From positions 2,240,001-2,304,000 of the forward strand of contig OZ243913.1 in NCBI GenBank assembly GCA_965213705.1: a DNA stretch of 64,000 nucleotides. Reading direction: 5' to 3'. Positions 38,790 to 50,375 of the stretch are shown piece after piece; position 1 is the stretch's first letter; every line of letters starts with the position of its first letter. This stretch comes from Trueperaceae bacterium. Lineage in GTDB: Bacteria; Deinococcota; Deinococci; Deinococcales; Trueperaceae. Under the pieces are notes generated by a model. The model did not search any database and was not told the DNA's origin. It saw nothing but the letters and a program-made list of their open reading frames with translations. Made by a program: the position numbers and the translations under genes.

Positions 38790-39925
38790 TAAGTTTCGAC
38801 CTCAGCGACGAACAAAGGCAGATTCAGGCCCTGGCGCGGCAGTTCGCGCGCGAGGTCATTATCCCCAACGCCGCGCAGTACGACCGCGACGAAAGTTTTC
38901 CCGCGGACATCGTCGCGCAAGCGCACGAGCTGGGCCTACTTAACGTCATCGTGCCCGAGGCGGTCGGCGGCCTCGGGCTCGGCATGATGGAAGAGGTCGT
39001 CATCGGCGAAGAACTCGGTTACGGCTGCATGGGCATCTACACGATTTTGATGGCCTCCGAACTCGGCATCACGCCCGTTTTGATTGCCGGGAACGACGAG
39101 CAAAAGGAGAGGTTTTTGGGGCCGCTGCTGGACGGCCCCAACCTCGCCGCCTTCGGACTGTCCGAAGCCGACAACGGTTCGGACGCCGGGGCGATGAAGA
39201 CGCGCGCGGTGTTCGACGGCGACGAAGTCGTCCTGAACGGCGCGAAGATGTGGATTACCAACGGCGGCTTGGCCGACTTTACGGTGATTTTTGCCAGCTT
39301 CGACCCCGAGCAGCGGCACCGCGGCACCCTGGCCGTGGTCGTCGAGAAAGACACGCCCGGCTTCTCGCACCAAAAAATTCACGGTAAGATGGGCCAGCGC
39401 GCCTCGTACACCGCCGAACTCGTGCTCGAGGACGTCCGCGTGCCCAAGGCCAACATCTTAGGCGAGCCTGGCGACGGCTTCAAAATCGCCATGAAAACCC
39501 TTGACAAAACGCGCATCCCCGTGGCGGCGGGCTCGGTCGGCGTGGCGCGGCGGGCGCTTCAAGAATCGGCAAAATACGCCGCCGAGCGCAAAGCTTTCGG
39601 CAAACCCATCAACACCTTCCAGGCGATTCAGTTCAAGCTCGCCGACATGAAAATCAGCCTCGAGACCGCCCGCTGGCAGACCTACCACGCCGCCTGGCTT
39701 GCGGATTGCGGCCGACCCCACGCCGAGGCCGCGGCGATTGCCAAGTGCTACGCCTCGGACGTGGCGTTCGCCGCCGCGAACGAGGCGATTCACGTCCACG
39801 GCGGTTACGGCTACGTCAACGAGTTCCCGGTCGAAAAACTGCTGCGCGACGTCAAACTCAACCAGATTTACGAGGGCACCAACGAGATTCAGCGGTTGGT
39901 GATTGCGAGGGGGCTGACAGGTTAA
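38786..39925 (+). CDS. Acyl-CoA dehydrogenase
   Basis: FGLSE..GSDA, NGAKMWITN, KMGQRAS, GGYGYVNEFPVEKLLRDVKLNQIYEGT; GTG 38786 after AAGGAG. Confidence 0.95.
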   Translation: MISFDLSDEQRQIQALARQFAREVIIPNAAQYDRDESFPADIVAQAHELGLLNVIVPEAVGGLGLGMMEEVVIGEELGYGCMGIYTILMASELGITPVLIAGNDEQKERFLGPLLDGPNLAAFGLSEADNGSDAGAMKTRAVFDGDEVVLNGAKMWITNGGLADFTVIFASFDPEQRHRGTLAVVVEKDTPGFSHQKIHGKMGQRASYTAELVLEDVRVPKANILGEPGDGFKIAMKTLDKTRIPVAAGSVGVARRALQESAKYAAERKAFGKPINTFQAIQFKLADMKISLETARWQTYHAAWLADCGRPHAEAAAIAKCYASDVAFAAANEAIHVHGGYGYVNEFPVEKLLRDVKLNQIYEGTNEIQRLVIARGLTG

Positions 39926-39953
39926 TTGCATGATTCTGTGATAAACTGATTCT

Positions 39954-40223
39954 ATGGAACGCATCAACGTTACTCAAGCGGCGCGCAACTTTTCCGACTT
40001 GCTCAACCGGGTTTACTACCAGGGTATCAGTGTGGAACTCGAGCGCAACAATAAAGTCGTCGCCGTGCTGTCTCCGGCTCAGCCTGTTTCCAAGCTGCGT
40101 ATGGAAGACCTCAACGATTTCTTTGCGTCCCTGCCTTCCTTGGGCGAAGATGCGAAAGTGTTCGCCGAGGACTTGAAAGCGATACGCGCGGAAACGCAAG
40201 CGGAATCCGAAGCGTGGGAGTGA
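39954..40223 (+). CDS. Phd/YefM family antitoxin
   Basis: INVTQAARNFSDLLNRV..VELERNNKVVAVLSP; overlaps the PIN gene. Confidence 0.85.
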   Translation: MERINVTQAARNFSDLLNRVYYQGISVELERNNKVVAVLSPAQPVSKLRMEDLNDFFASLPSLGEDAKVFAEDLKAIRAETQAESEAWE

Positions 40224-40612
40224 TTTTGGACACGAGTGTCCTCATTAATATGGAGAAAGAAGGGCAGACGCTCGACTTCAGCCGCTACGCGCCTTATGGA
40301 GACCCTTTCATCAGCGCCATCACCGTGTCGGAGTTGCTAGTGGGAGTGCAACGTTCCGCCATCGGGGCAAGCCGAGTCAGGCGCGCTGCTTACGTCGAAG
40401 CTGTGTTGGCAAAGTTTCCGTCGCTTCCCTTCACGCGTGACGCTGCCAGAGTTCACGCAACCTTATACGCGAACCTTGCGGCGGCGGGCAACATAATAGG
40501 TGCTAACGACCTCATTATCGCGGCAACGGCTATTCAACGCGGCTTTTCAGTGTTGACTGCCAACCTGTCCGAGTTCGAACGCATCAAAGGTCTGACCTTG
40601 ATAGTTCCTTGA
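40214..40612 (+). CDS. vapC: VapC/PIN-domain toxin
   Basis: ILDTSVLI, ITVSELL, GANDLIIAATA, T.NLSEF. Confidence 0.9.
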   Translation: MGVILDTSVLINMEKEGQTLDFSRYAPYGDPFISAITVSELLVGVQRSAIGASRVRRAAYVEAVLAKFPSLPFTRDAARVHATLYANLAAAGNIIGANDLIIAATAIQRGFSVLTANLSEFERIKGLTLIVP

Positions 40613-40624
40613 AAGAAAGGTTTT

Positions 40625-41380
40625 ATGAAAATCATCTCAATTCTAAAACAAGTTCCCGACGCCGAAGCGCGAATACGCGCCACGCCGAAAGGTATCGACT
40701 TAGACAACGTCACTTTCGTCATCGACGGGATGGACGAGTACGGCGTCGAACAGGCCCTGCGCATTCGTGAGGGGGGCGAAGACGCCGAAATCGTCGCGCT
40801 CGCCCTCGGGCCGCAGCGCTTCGAAGAGGCGATTCGCACCGCGCTGGCAATGGGGGCCGACCGCGCCGTTCACGTCGAAACCGACGAAGCCTTGGACGCT
40901 ATCGCCCAGGCCAAAGTGTTGGCCGGAGTCATCCGCGACGAAGGAGCCGACCTCGTGTTCGTCGGCGGCAAAGAGGCCGACTGGGACAGCGCCGCGCTCG
41001 GCCCCGCGGTGGCGGAAGCGCTGGGTTGGCCGCACAGCGACTGGACGACGAAGCTCGAGCTGTCCCCGAACCAGGCCGAAGTCATCCACGACTCGGACGA
41101 CGGCTCCGAAACCCTCACCCTGCCGCTCCCGGCGGTCATCACCACGCAGCAGGGCTTGAACGAGCCGCGCTACCCGACGCTGCCCAACATCATGAAGGCC
41201 AAGCGCAAAGAGCTTAAAAAGCTCAGCCTGGACGACGTGGGCGGTGGAGCGGCGAAAACGCGCGTTCTCAAACAAACCATCCAAACCAAAGAACGGCTGA
41301 ACAAAATCGTCGGCGGCGACCCGGCGGACGCGGCCAAAGAACTCGCGCGCTTGCTGCACGAAGAGGCGAAGGCAATATAA
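40625..41380 (+). CDS. etfB: Electron transfer flavoprotein beta subunit
   Basis: [30 protein letters not shown]. Confidence 0.95.
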   Translation: MKIISILKQVPDAEARIRATPKGIDLDNVTFVIDGMDEYGVEQALRIREGGEDAEIVALALGPQRFEEAIRTALAMGADRAVHVETDEALDAIAQAKVLAGVIRDEGADLVFVGGKEADWDSAALGPAVAEALGWPHSDWTTKLELSPNQAEVIHDSDDGSETLTLPLPAVITTQQGLNEPRYPTLPNIMKAKRKELKKLSLDDVGGGAAKTRVLKQTIQTKERLNKIVGGDPADAAKELARLLHEEAKAI

Positions 41381-41446
41381 AGAGAGTCTTTCGTTAGTTC
41401 GTTTAAACTAAAGACCAAAAATGAACAACTTTTCTCAAGGAGACCC

Positions 41447-42415
41447 ATGATTTTATTCGTTGCAGACCATGTAAAAGGCAAACTCAAAAAAAGCGCGCTG
41501 GAACTTGCGACGGCGGCCAACACACTCGCAGACGGGCTCGGCGGCGAACCGGTCGGCGTGGTGCTCGGCAGTGACGTGAGCGGCGTGGCGCAGGAACTCT
41601 CTAACCACGTCCCGAAAGTCGTCGCCGTCGAAGACGCGGCGCTGGCCCAGATGCGCGCCGAACCCTACGCGGCGGCGGTCGCAACGCTCGCCCAGGACTT
41701 GGGCGCGAAGGCCGTTTTGGTCAGCGCTTCGAAGTCCGGCTTGTCGTACAGCCCGCGGGTCGCGGTGCGCTTGGACGCGCCGCTGCTAGAAGACGTAACC
41801 TCGCTGAGTGTTGAAGACGGTGAAGTTGTCGCCACGCGCTTTTCTTACCTGTCCCGCGTGACCGAAACGGTCAAGGCGCTCGGCACGCCGGTGGTCGTCA
41901 GCGTCAAGCCGAACGTCTTTCCCGTTGCTGACGAAAGCGCTGCGGGCTCGGTCGAGACAAAATCAGTTACGATTCCCGAAGAGGCGCAGCGCGTCACGGT
42001 GGGGGAGCGGGCGGCGGCGAAGAGCGGCCGCGTCGCGCTCGACGAGGCGAACATCGTCGTTACCGGCGGGCGCGGCGTCGGCGGGCCGGAGGCGTTTACC
42101 AACCTCATCGAACCCCTGGCCGATGCCATGAACGCAGGGGTCGGCTCGACCCGCGCGGTTGTCGATGCGGGCTGGCGGCCCTACGGCGAGCAGGTCGGGC
42201 AGACCGGTAAAACGGTGTCGCCGGACGTCTACTTCGCGCTGGGCGTTTCGGGCGCGGTGCAGCACCTCTCGGGCATGAACCGCTCGAAAATCATCGTCGC
42301 CATCAACAAAGACGCCGACGCACCTATTTTCAAAGTAGCGGACTACGGCGTCGTGGGCGACGTGAACACGGTCGTTCCGGCGCTCACAGACGCGTTGCAA
42401 GCGCAAAAGGGGTAG
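41447..42415 (+). CDS. etfA: Electron transfer flavoprotein alpha subunit
   Basis: [44 protein letters not shown]. Confidence 0.95.
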   Translation: MILFVADHVKGKLKKSALELATAANTLADGLGGEPVGVVLGSDVSGVAQELSNHVPKVVAVEDAALAQMRAEPYAAAVATLAQDLGAKAVLVSASKSGLSYSPRVAVRLDAPLLEDVTSLSVEDGEVVATRFSYLSRVTETVKALGTPVVVSVKPNVFPVADESAAGSVETKSVTIPEEAQRVTVGERAAAKSGRVALDEANIVVTGGRGVGGPEAFTNLIEPLADAMNAGVGSTRAVVDAGWRPYGEQVGQTGKTVSPDVYFALGVSGAVQHLSGMNRSKIIVAINKDADAPIFKVADYGVVGDVNTVVPALTDALQAQKG

Positions 42416-42429
42416 GCAAGCCCCGGTTC

Positions 42430-42457
42430 GTAGGGGCGGGTTTCAAACCCGCTCCTG
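42430..42457. repeat. GTAG-type REP-like palindrome, copy 2
   Basis: GTAGGGGCGGGTTTCAAACCCGCTCCTG just after the etfA stop. Confidence 0.75.
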
Positions 42458-42534
42458 AGTTTTGATTTGTAGTGCAGGATGTACACGTCCTCGACTTCTC
42501 AACCCTCGTGTTAGCATCAAGGTTTGGAGGCGTT

Positions 42535-44100
42535 ATGGCAAGAACCTATAGCCACCTTATCGGCGGCAAGGAAGTCACGAGCGAAACGACTTTCGAGTCC
42601 AAAAACTCTTCGAACCTCGCCGACGTCGTCGGGGTGTTTCCAGAAGCGACCCGAGAACAGGTCCGTGAGGCTTGCAAGGTCGCGCAAGACGCGTTCAAAA
42701 CCTGGTCGAAAACACCTGCCCCGGTGCGCGGCGAGGTCGTCGGCAACATCGGCGCGGCGATTGCCCGCGAAAAAGAAGCGCTGAGCCGCCTCGTCACTCG
42801 CGAGATGGGCAAGACCTTGAAAGAAGCGCGCGGCGACGTGCAAGAGGCCATCGACACCTGCCACTTTTTCCAGAGCGAGGGCCGCCGGCTTTACGGTCAA
42901 ACGGTGCCCTCCGAGATGCCCAACAAGGAACTCATGACCTACCGCCGCCCGCTGGGCGTCGTCGGCATCGTCACGGCGGGCAACTTTCCGGTGGCGGTGC
43001 CGAGCTGGAAGATTATCCCGGCGCTGCTGACGGGCAACACCATCGTCTGGAAGCCGTCGGAAGACTCGCCCGCGTGCTCGTACGCGCTCGCCAAACTGAT
43101 GATGGAGGCGGGTGTCCCCGCAGGTGTCCTGAACGTCGTCTTCGGCGGCGGGGCCGGCGCGGCGGGCGAATACATGGTCGAGATGATGGACGAAGGTCTC
43201 GTCGACAAGTTCGCCTTTACGGGCTCGACCCGCGTGGGGCGCAAAATCGGCGAAATCGCCGGGCGCAACTTGACGCACCCGACCCTAGAACTCGGTGGCA
43301 AAAACCCGCTCGTGGTCATGCGCGACGCCGACCTGGACAATGCCGTGTCGGGCGCACTATGGGCGAGTTTCGGCACCGGCGGCCAGCGCTGCACCTCGGC
43401 GGGCAACTTAATCGTGGACGCGCCCGTTTATGACGCGTTCAAGGAGCAGTTTTTGGCGGCCGCCAAAAACGTCAAAATCGGCGACCCGAACCGTTACGAC
43501 GACGTGCTCTACGGCCCCTTCATCAACGAGCGCTTTTTCAGGTCGTGGCTCGAGCACTACGATTGGGGCCGCGCCGACGGCGCGACGCTCCTCTACGGCG
43601 ACGGGCGCATTACCGAAGAGAGCAAACCCGAAGGCTTCGTCGGCGACCCGGCTGCCGCCTTTTACGGCTGGCCGACGATTTGGGAAGGCGTCAAACCCGG
43701 CATGAAACAGTTTCAAACCGAGGTGTTCGGCCCGACCATCAACCTCGTCAAAGTGGACGGCATCGAGGAAGCTCTCGAGGCTGCAAACGCCATCGACTAC
43801 GGCCTATCGAGCGCGATTTACACCAACAACCGCGAGTGGGCTTACGCCTTCAAGGACAACATCCAGGCGGGCATGACCTCTATCAACAACTCGACCACCG
43901 GGGCCGAAGCGCACATGCCCTTCGGCGGCGTGAAGGGCTCGGGCAACGGCACGCGCGAGTCGGGCATCTGGGTTATCGACAACTACACCTACTGGCACGG
44001 CGTGAACGACGACGTGTCGGGCAAGCTGCAACTGGCGCAGATGGAGACGGCGTACCTGGAGCCTGCGGCAGAGGTGAGCGTCAGCGAGATGTTCGGGTAG
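42535..44100 (+). CDS. Aldehyde dehydrogenase family protein
   Basis: AGNFP, WKPSE, FTGST, LELGGKN, GQRCT, EVFGP, PFGG; ATG 42535 after GGAGG. Confidence 0.95.
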   Translation: MARTYSHLIGGKEVTSETTFESKNSSNLADVVGVFPEATREQVREACKVAQDAFKTWSKTPAPVRGEVVGNIGAAIAREKEALSRLVTREMGKTLKEARGDVQEAIDTCHFFQSEGRRLYGQTVPSEMPNKELMTYRRPLGVVGIVTAGNFPVAVPSWKIIPALLTGNTIVWKPSEDSPACSYALAKLMMEAGVPAGVLNVVFGGGAGAAGEYMVEMMDEGLVDKFAFTGSTRVGRKIGEIAGRNLTHPTLELGGKNPLVVMRDADLDNAVSGALWASFGTGGQRCTSAGNLIVDAPVYDAFKEQFLAAAKNVKIGDPNRYDDVLYGPFINERFFRSWLEHYDWGRADGATLLYGDGRITEESKPEGFVGDPAAAFYGWPTIWEGVKPGMKQFQTEVFGPTINLVKVDGIEEALEAANAIDYGLSSAIYTNNREWAYAFKDNIQAGMTSINNSTTGAEAHMPFGGVKGSGNGTRESGIWVIDNYTYWHGVNDDVSGKLQLAQMETAYLEPAAEVSVSEMFG

Positions 44101-44111
44101 AAGCTGTTTGG

Positions 44112-44153
44112 GTAGCTCGAGGGGGCGGGTGCGGACTCGCCCCTGCTACTTTT
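44112..44153 (+). terminator. Probable intrinsic terminator after ALDH
   Basis: GTAGC..GGGGCGGGT-GCGG-ACTCGCCCC-TGCTAC-TTTT. Confidence 0.55.
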
Positions 44154-44206
44154 GAGGGTTTCGACCTTCTCGAGCGGACGGCTAAACTCTGAAACAGGAG
44201 GTTGCT

Positions 44207-44314
44207 ACGAAACCCGTTGTCGTTTTGAGCGCCGTCATAGTCAGCGCGCTGGCCGCGATTCCGGCGACGCTGTGGTGCATGGTGAAGGTCAAAAAGCTGA
44301 ACCGGCCTGAGTAA
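44207..44314 (+). other. Candidate 35-aa single-TM small protein with ACG in the start position (non-canonical start or recent pseudogene)
   Basis: TAAACT, AGGAGG, 5 nt, then ACG-KPVVVLSAVIVSALAAIPATLWCMVKVKKLNRPE-TAA. Confidence 0.45.
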
Positions 44315-44332
44315 CAAGTGTTTTGACTCGAG

Positions 44333-44629
44333 TCAAACGGAAGTCGTCGCCCACCGCTTCGCTCTGTCGATAAGAGCGTCTTTGTAACGCGGCCAGTCGT
44401 GCAAGGTGGCGGGGTCGAAGTCCGCGCCGTTGGGCCAGACGAGAGCATGGACTTCGGGGTCGATGAACACTTGGTTGAACAAGGTCAGGTCACGTAGAGG
44501 TCGGTAGAGGTCGCCCTCGAGGATGTGCTCGAGTGCCACGACTTGCTCAGTGTTGTCGTCGAAAGCAACACGTAAGGTATAGGGCTTTAGAATTTCTACT
44601 TCAGTCACTCGGTAAATAGGATGTTTCAT
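44333..44629 (-). CDS. DUF2442 domain protein (putative antitoxin)
   Basis: YTLRVAFDD, L.WPNGADFDP.TL. Confidence 0.85.
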   Translation of the reverse strand: MKHPIYRVTEVEILKPYTLRVAFDDNTEQVVALEHILEGDLYRPLRDLTLFNQVFIDPEVHALVWPNGADFDPATLHDWPRYKDALIDRAKRWATTSV

Positions 44630-44638
44630 AAACCTCCT

Positions 44639-44908
44639 TCATCGTAGCGGTTCGATTTTACTCGGCAAACGGCCAGTTTGCAGTTTCTGCCAGTTGTCCA
44701 GCAACTCCTCCTGATGAAGTTCTGCCCAAGCCTCGACGAAGCGGCTTTGGCGTCGGGGCAGCGTGCCCGCGATAATCTCGACTGTGTCTATACTCACCAC
44801 CACGACTTTGTCTCCGTAATAAGCGTGAAAGTGAGGACGGTGATGAGGTTCGCCGGGTTCAGCGTACATGCGAATGATAATCCCAAAAAACCGTGCTAAC
44901 TCTGGCAT
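44639..44908 (-). CDS. DUF4160 domain protein (putative toxin)
   Basis: MPELARFFGIIIRMY..HH.PHFHAYY..WAELHQEELLDNW..IEPL. Confidence 0.9.
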   Translation of the reverse strand: MPELARFFGIIIRMYAEPGEPHHRPHFHAYYGDKVVVVSIDTVEIIAGTLPRRQSRFVEAWAELHQEELLDNWQKLQTGRLPSKIEPLR

Positions 44909-44991
44909 CCTTCAGTATAGATGTAGACCGTGATGAGCCCTCATTTTTGCCGGTCACACAAGCCTGACATGTAACGCTTTACACTGTACCC

Positions 44992-46227
44992 ATGAGTGAC
45001 ATCGTCAGGCAAAAAACCGTAACCTGCTGGGTCGGCGGCGTCCCCGTCGGCTCGGGGCACCCAATCGTCGTGCAGTCCATGACCAACACCGACACCGCCG
45101 ACGCGCGCGGGACGGCCGTGCAGGTGGCGCAACTCGCGCGGGCCGGCAGCGAAATCGTCCGTATTACCGTGAACAACAAAGAGGCGGCAAGGGCCGTTCC
45201 CGAAATCAAGCAGCGTATCGCCGACATGGGCTACCCGGTACCGCTTGTCGGCGACTTTCACTACAACGGCCACCTGCTCTTAACCGAGTTCCCCGACGCT
45301 GCCGCAGCCCTCGAGAAGTACCGCATCAACCCCGGCAACGTGGGCGCGGGCAAGCACCATGACAAGAACTTTTTGACGATGATTGACGTTGCCAAAGAAC
45401 ACGACAAGCCGGTGCGCATCGGGGTGAACTGGGGCTCGCTCGACCAAACCCTGCTTACGAAACTGATGGACGAAAACGCTTCCGCTGCACATCCGGTAGA
45501 GGCGAGGGACGTGACCATCGAAGCGATGCTCCAGTCGGCGCTGCTGTCCGCCGAACTCGCCGAGGAGCACGGGTTGGGCCATGACAAAATCATCCTGAGC
45601 GCTAAGGTCTCGCGCGTGCGCGACCTGTGGGACGTGTACCGGTTGCTCGCTAAGCGTTGCGACTACCCGCTCCACCTCGGGCTGACCGAAGCGGGCATGG
45701 GCGTGAAGGGGGCGGTCTCGAGCACCGCGGGCTTAAGCGTGCTGTTGGCCGAGGGCATCGGCGACACGATTCGCGTGTCCTTGACCCCCGACCCCGGCGC
45801 GCCACGCGACAAGGAAGTGGAAATTGCCCAGGAAATTTTAGCAGCGCTGGACTTACGCCGCTTCGCGCCGACGGTGACGGCCTGCCCCGGCTGCGGCCGC
45901 ACCACCAGCACACTGTTTCAGGAGATGGCTCGAGACATCCAGGCCTACCTCAAAGCGCAGATGCCCGTGTGGCAAGAAACGCACCCCGGCGTCGAAAACT
46001 TGAATGTGGCGGTGATGGGCTGCGTGGTGAACGGCCCCGGCGAGTCCAAACACGCCGACATCGGCATCTCGCTGCCCGGCTCCGGCGAGGACCCCAAAGC
46101 GCCCGTCTACCGCGACGGCAAGTTCGTCACCACGCTGCAAGGCCCGAGTATCGTCGCTGACTTCAACAAGATGTTGGACGAGTACGTCGAAAGTCGCTAC
46201 GGGACGGCGGAGGCGGCCTCGAGTTAG
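44992..46227 (+). CDS. ispG: (E)-4-hydroxy-3-methylbut-2-enyl-diphosphate synthase
   Basis: [58 protein letters not shown]. Confidence 0.97.
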   Translation: MSDIVRQKTVTCWVGGVPVGSGHPIVVQSMTNTDTADARGTAVQVAQLARAGSEIVRITVNNKEAARAVPEIKQRIADMGYPVPLVGDFHYNGHLLLTEFPDAAAALEKYRINPGNVGAGKHHDKNFLTMIDVAKEHDKPVRIGVNWGSLDQTLLTKLMDENASAAHPVEARDVTIEAMLQSALLSAELAEEHGLGHDKIILSAKVSRVRDLWDVYRLLAKRCDYPLHLGLTEAGMGVKGAVSSTAGLSVLLAEGIGDTIRVSLTPDPGAPRDKEVEIAQEILAALDLRRFAPTVTACPGCGRTTSTLFQEMARDIQAYLKAQMPVWQETHPGVENLNVAVMGCVVNGPGESKHADIGISLPGSGEDPKAPVYRDGKFVTTLQGPSIVADFNKMLDEYVESRYGTAEAASS

Positions 46228-46309
46228 CTAGCCATCAGGTTGATAACAAAAGCTGAAAAGCGTGAGAGTCAGTTATGCCCTGCCGCCTCTTCGAGTTAAA
46301 CTGGACGTG

Positions 46310-46663
46310 ATGAAGCTGAATCACCTTAACCTCACGGTCAGCGATGTGGCCGAAACTCGAGCCTTTTTAGAAAAGTACTTCGGGCTGCGCAGTCTCGAAG
46401 GTGTAGAAAGCGATGAAAGTTTCGACGTGCTGTTTGACGACGCAGATTTGGTGCTCACGCTGATGAAGGTTGGCAAAACGGCGGTCAAGTATCCGGCAAG
46501 TTTTCACATCGGCTTTATTCAGGGAAGCGAAGAAAAGGTCAACGAGCTTAACCGGCAACTCAAGGCTGACGGTTACGACGTGAAACCGCCGCGCCGGTTT
46601 CATGGTTCGTGGACATTTTATTGTAAAGCGCCAGGCGGGTTCAGCGTCGAAGTTCTTTGTTAG
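46310..46663 (+). CDS. VOC/glyoxalase family protein
   Basis: MKLNHLNLTV.DV, FHIGF, FY..APGG..VEV. Confidence 0.85.
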   Translation: MKLNHLNLTVSDVAETRAFLEKYFGLRSLEGVESDESFDVLFDDADLVLTLMKVGKTAVKYPASFHIGFIQGSEEKVNELNRQLKADGYDVKPPRRFHGSWTFYCKAPGGFSVEVLC

Positions 46664-46700
46664 CCTCGGCGTGCTGCTGCGGTTGAACAAGCTCTTTCCG

Positions 46701-47560
46701 CTAGAGCGTGTTATGAACTAGCCGGAAGAGTTAAAAAAGGGGCTAAGCGTTTAAGCATGAGCATAGAGAAAGCTAAGAAATGCAGCCCAGCAAGGGTTTC
46801 AGGCAGTCGTTCATAGTCACGGGCTAAGCGCCTGAGTCGGGATGTCCAGGCAAAGGAACGCTCTACGACCCAGCGTCTGGGTAGCAAAACGAAGCCTTTC
46901 TTAGCTTCTTCGTGTTTAACAACGAAGAGCCGAATGCCTTGGCTTTTAGCCGCCTCGGCTGCGTCGTCACCTGTGTAGCCCTGGTCTACAAACGCAACCT
47001 CGACGGATTCTCCAGTTATGGTTTGAACTTGCTCGGCAAGCGCTTCAACCTGATGGCGTTCTTGTTCGTTTGCAGGTGTAACGACAAGGGCTAAGAGTAG
47101 ACCCAAGGTATCGACTGCCAGATGGACTTTAGAGCCTTTCTTACGCTTGTGTCCGTCATAGCCCGCACGTTCGCCACTCTCAGGCGTACTTTGTAAGGTG
47201 CGTCCATCAAACACCGTCGCTGTTGGGTTTTCTCCTCGTCCTTTCAGCCGTCTCAGCAGGCTTCGTAGGTCGTGGGTCATCTCCTCGAACACGCCTGCTT
47301 TTAACCACCTTTGGCTTTGCTGATATACCGCTTCCCAAGGTGGGAAGTCACCAGGTAAATAGCGCCAAGGTGAGCCTGAGCGAACCATCCATCTCAAAGC
47401 ATCAAACACCTCTCGTAGGTCATAACTTCGTTGTGGGGCGTCTTCTCTGATTAAGCTCAAGTACGGTGCTACAAAAGCCCATTCTTCATCGCCGACATCA
47501 CTCGGATAACCTTTCCTTGTCATTCTTTAGTTTAGCGATTGAGTTCATAACACCCTCTAG
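46701..47560 (-). mobile_element. IS5-family insertion sequence (~0.86 kb), apparently intact
   Basis: Ends CTAGAGCGTGTTATGAACT and (reverse complement) CTAGAGGGTGTTATGAACT; CTAG at both boundaries; GC lower than host. Confidence 0.92.
46711..47523 (-). CDS. IS5 family DDE transposase
   Basis: [51 protein letters not shown]...RRL..DYE. Confidence 0.95.
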   Translation of the reverse strand: MTRKGYPSDVGDEEWAFVAPYLSLIREDAPQRSYDLREVFDALRWMVRSGSPWRYLPGDFPPWEAVYQQSQRWLKAGVFEEMTHDLRSLLRRLKGRGENPTATVFDGRTLQSTPESGERAGYDGHKRKKGSKVHLAVDTLGLLLALVVTPANEQERHQVEALAEQVQTITGESVEVAFVDQGYTGDDAAEAAKSQGIRLFVVKHEEAKKGFVLLPRRWVVERSFAWTSRLRRLARDYERLPETLAGLHFLAFSMLMLKRLAPFLTLPASS

Positions 47561-47614
47561 CCGATTGCTCACGCGCCTACGAACTCGTTTCTGTGGTCTG
47601 TGTTAGCTTAAACC

Positions 47615-48511
47615 ATGACCGCGCCACAAAAGAGGTTGCCGCGAGGGTACGTGACCGCCGAGGACGCTATTCTCTACTGCAACGCGCTCACCAAGGCGCA
47701 CTCGAGCACCTTTTACTTGGGCTCGCGGTTGTTCGCGCCGCAGGAGCGGCGGGCGGTGAGCGTCGTTTACGCGGTTTGCCGCAGCGGTGACGACGCGGTG
47801 GACGAAGCGCCCTCAACCGAGGTCGGGCGGCGGCGTTTGGACGCCTGGTGGGGACACGTGGACAGGGCCTACGACGGCGTCATCGACATCGGCCAGCCCC
47901 TAGAGGTCGGGCTGCGGTGGGTTTTAGAGACCTACGACGTGCCCAAAAGCGCCCTGGAAGAGCTTTACTTGGGGCTCGAGTCCGACCTGAGTGACCAGTC
48001 TTTTGAAACCCTAGAAGACCTGATGCTTTACTGCCGCCGCGTGGCCGGGGTGGTGGGGCTGCTCGTCGCGCCGATTGCGGGCTATTCGGGCGGTGACGAA
48101 ACCCTCGCCTGCGCCGTCGCGCTCGGCCAGGCGATGCAGCTCACGAACATCCTGCGCGACGTGGGCGAGGACCTGGAGCGGGGACGCTGTTACTTGCCCC
48201 TGGAGCTTTTGGACAAGCACGGGGTCAGCCAGGCAAGTTTGCAAGACGGCGTGGTGAGCGAAAACTACATCGCCCTTTTGGAAGACCTGTCGCACCTCAC
48301 GCACCGCTTGTACCGTTTGGGCTGGAAGGGCATTCCGTGTCTGAGCGGCGTGGCGAAGACGGCCGTTGGGGTGGCGGCGCTGAGCTACGAAGGCATCTTG
48401 CACAAGCTGCGGCAAAACAGCTATGACAACCTGACAAGGCGCGCGCACCTGCGCACGTTTGAGCGCATCGCGCTGATTCCCAAGGCGGTGTATTCGGTTT
48501 ACACGCTCTGA
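47615..48511 (+). CDS. crtB: Phytoene synthase
   Basis: HSSTFYLGS, YAVCRSGDDAVDE, YCRRVAGVVG, LGQAMQLTNILRDVGED. Confidence 0.93.
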   Translation: MTAPQKRLPRGYVTAEDAILYCNALTKAHSSTFYLGSRLFAPQERRAVSVVYAVCRSGDDAVDEAPSTEVGRRRLDAWWGHVDRAYDGVIDIGQPLEVGLRWVLETYDVPKSALEELYLGLESDLSDQSFETLEDLMLYCRRVAGVVGLLVAPIAGYSGGDETLACAVALGQAMQLTNILRDVGEDLERGRCYLPLELLDKHGVSQASLQDGVVSENYIALLEDLSHLTHRLYRLGWKGIPCLSGVAKTAVGVAALSYEGILHKLRQNSYDNLTRRAHLRTFERIALIPKAVYSVYTL

Positions 48512-48704
48512 GAAAACAGGCCCAAAAGTTCCCGTCACTCGGCGAAAGTCCAAGTGCTACGTCCCGCGCAGCGCAGGGATGCTGATGGCTCCAAGGTTTT
48601 TGGGTGAGTCCTTGTAAGCACTCAAGTTAAAGTCGAACAAAAGCCGGAGAGTCTTTCAACTCACTACAGTTCCGAACACGCGCCACGCGGTACGATGCTC
48701 TTCT

Positions 48705-50371
<1,667 letters not shown>

Positions 50372-50375
<4 letters not shown>

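Noticed and set aside
44081..44317. Minus-strand ORF containing AQNDN, reminiscent of a tmRNA tag
   Set aside because: No ALAA-type end or tRNA-like termini; the plus-strand small ORF explains the region better.
48512..48704. crtB-crtO intergenic region as a ribozyme or cobalamin riboswitch
   Set aside because: CTGATGG does not match the hammerhead core and no B12-box was found.
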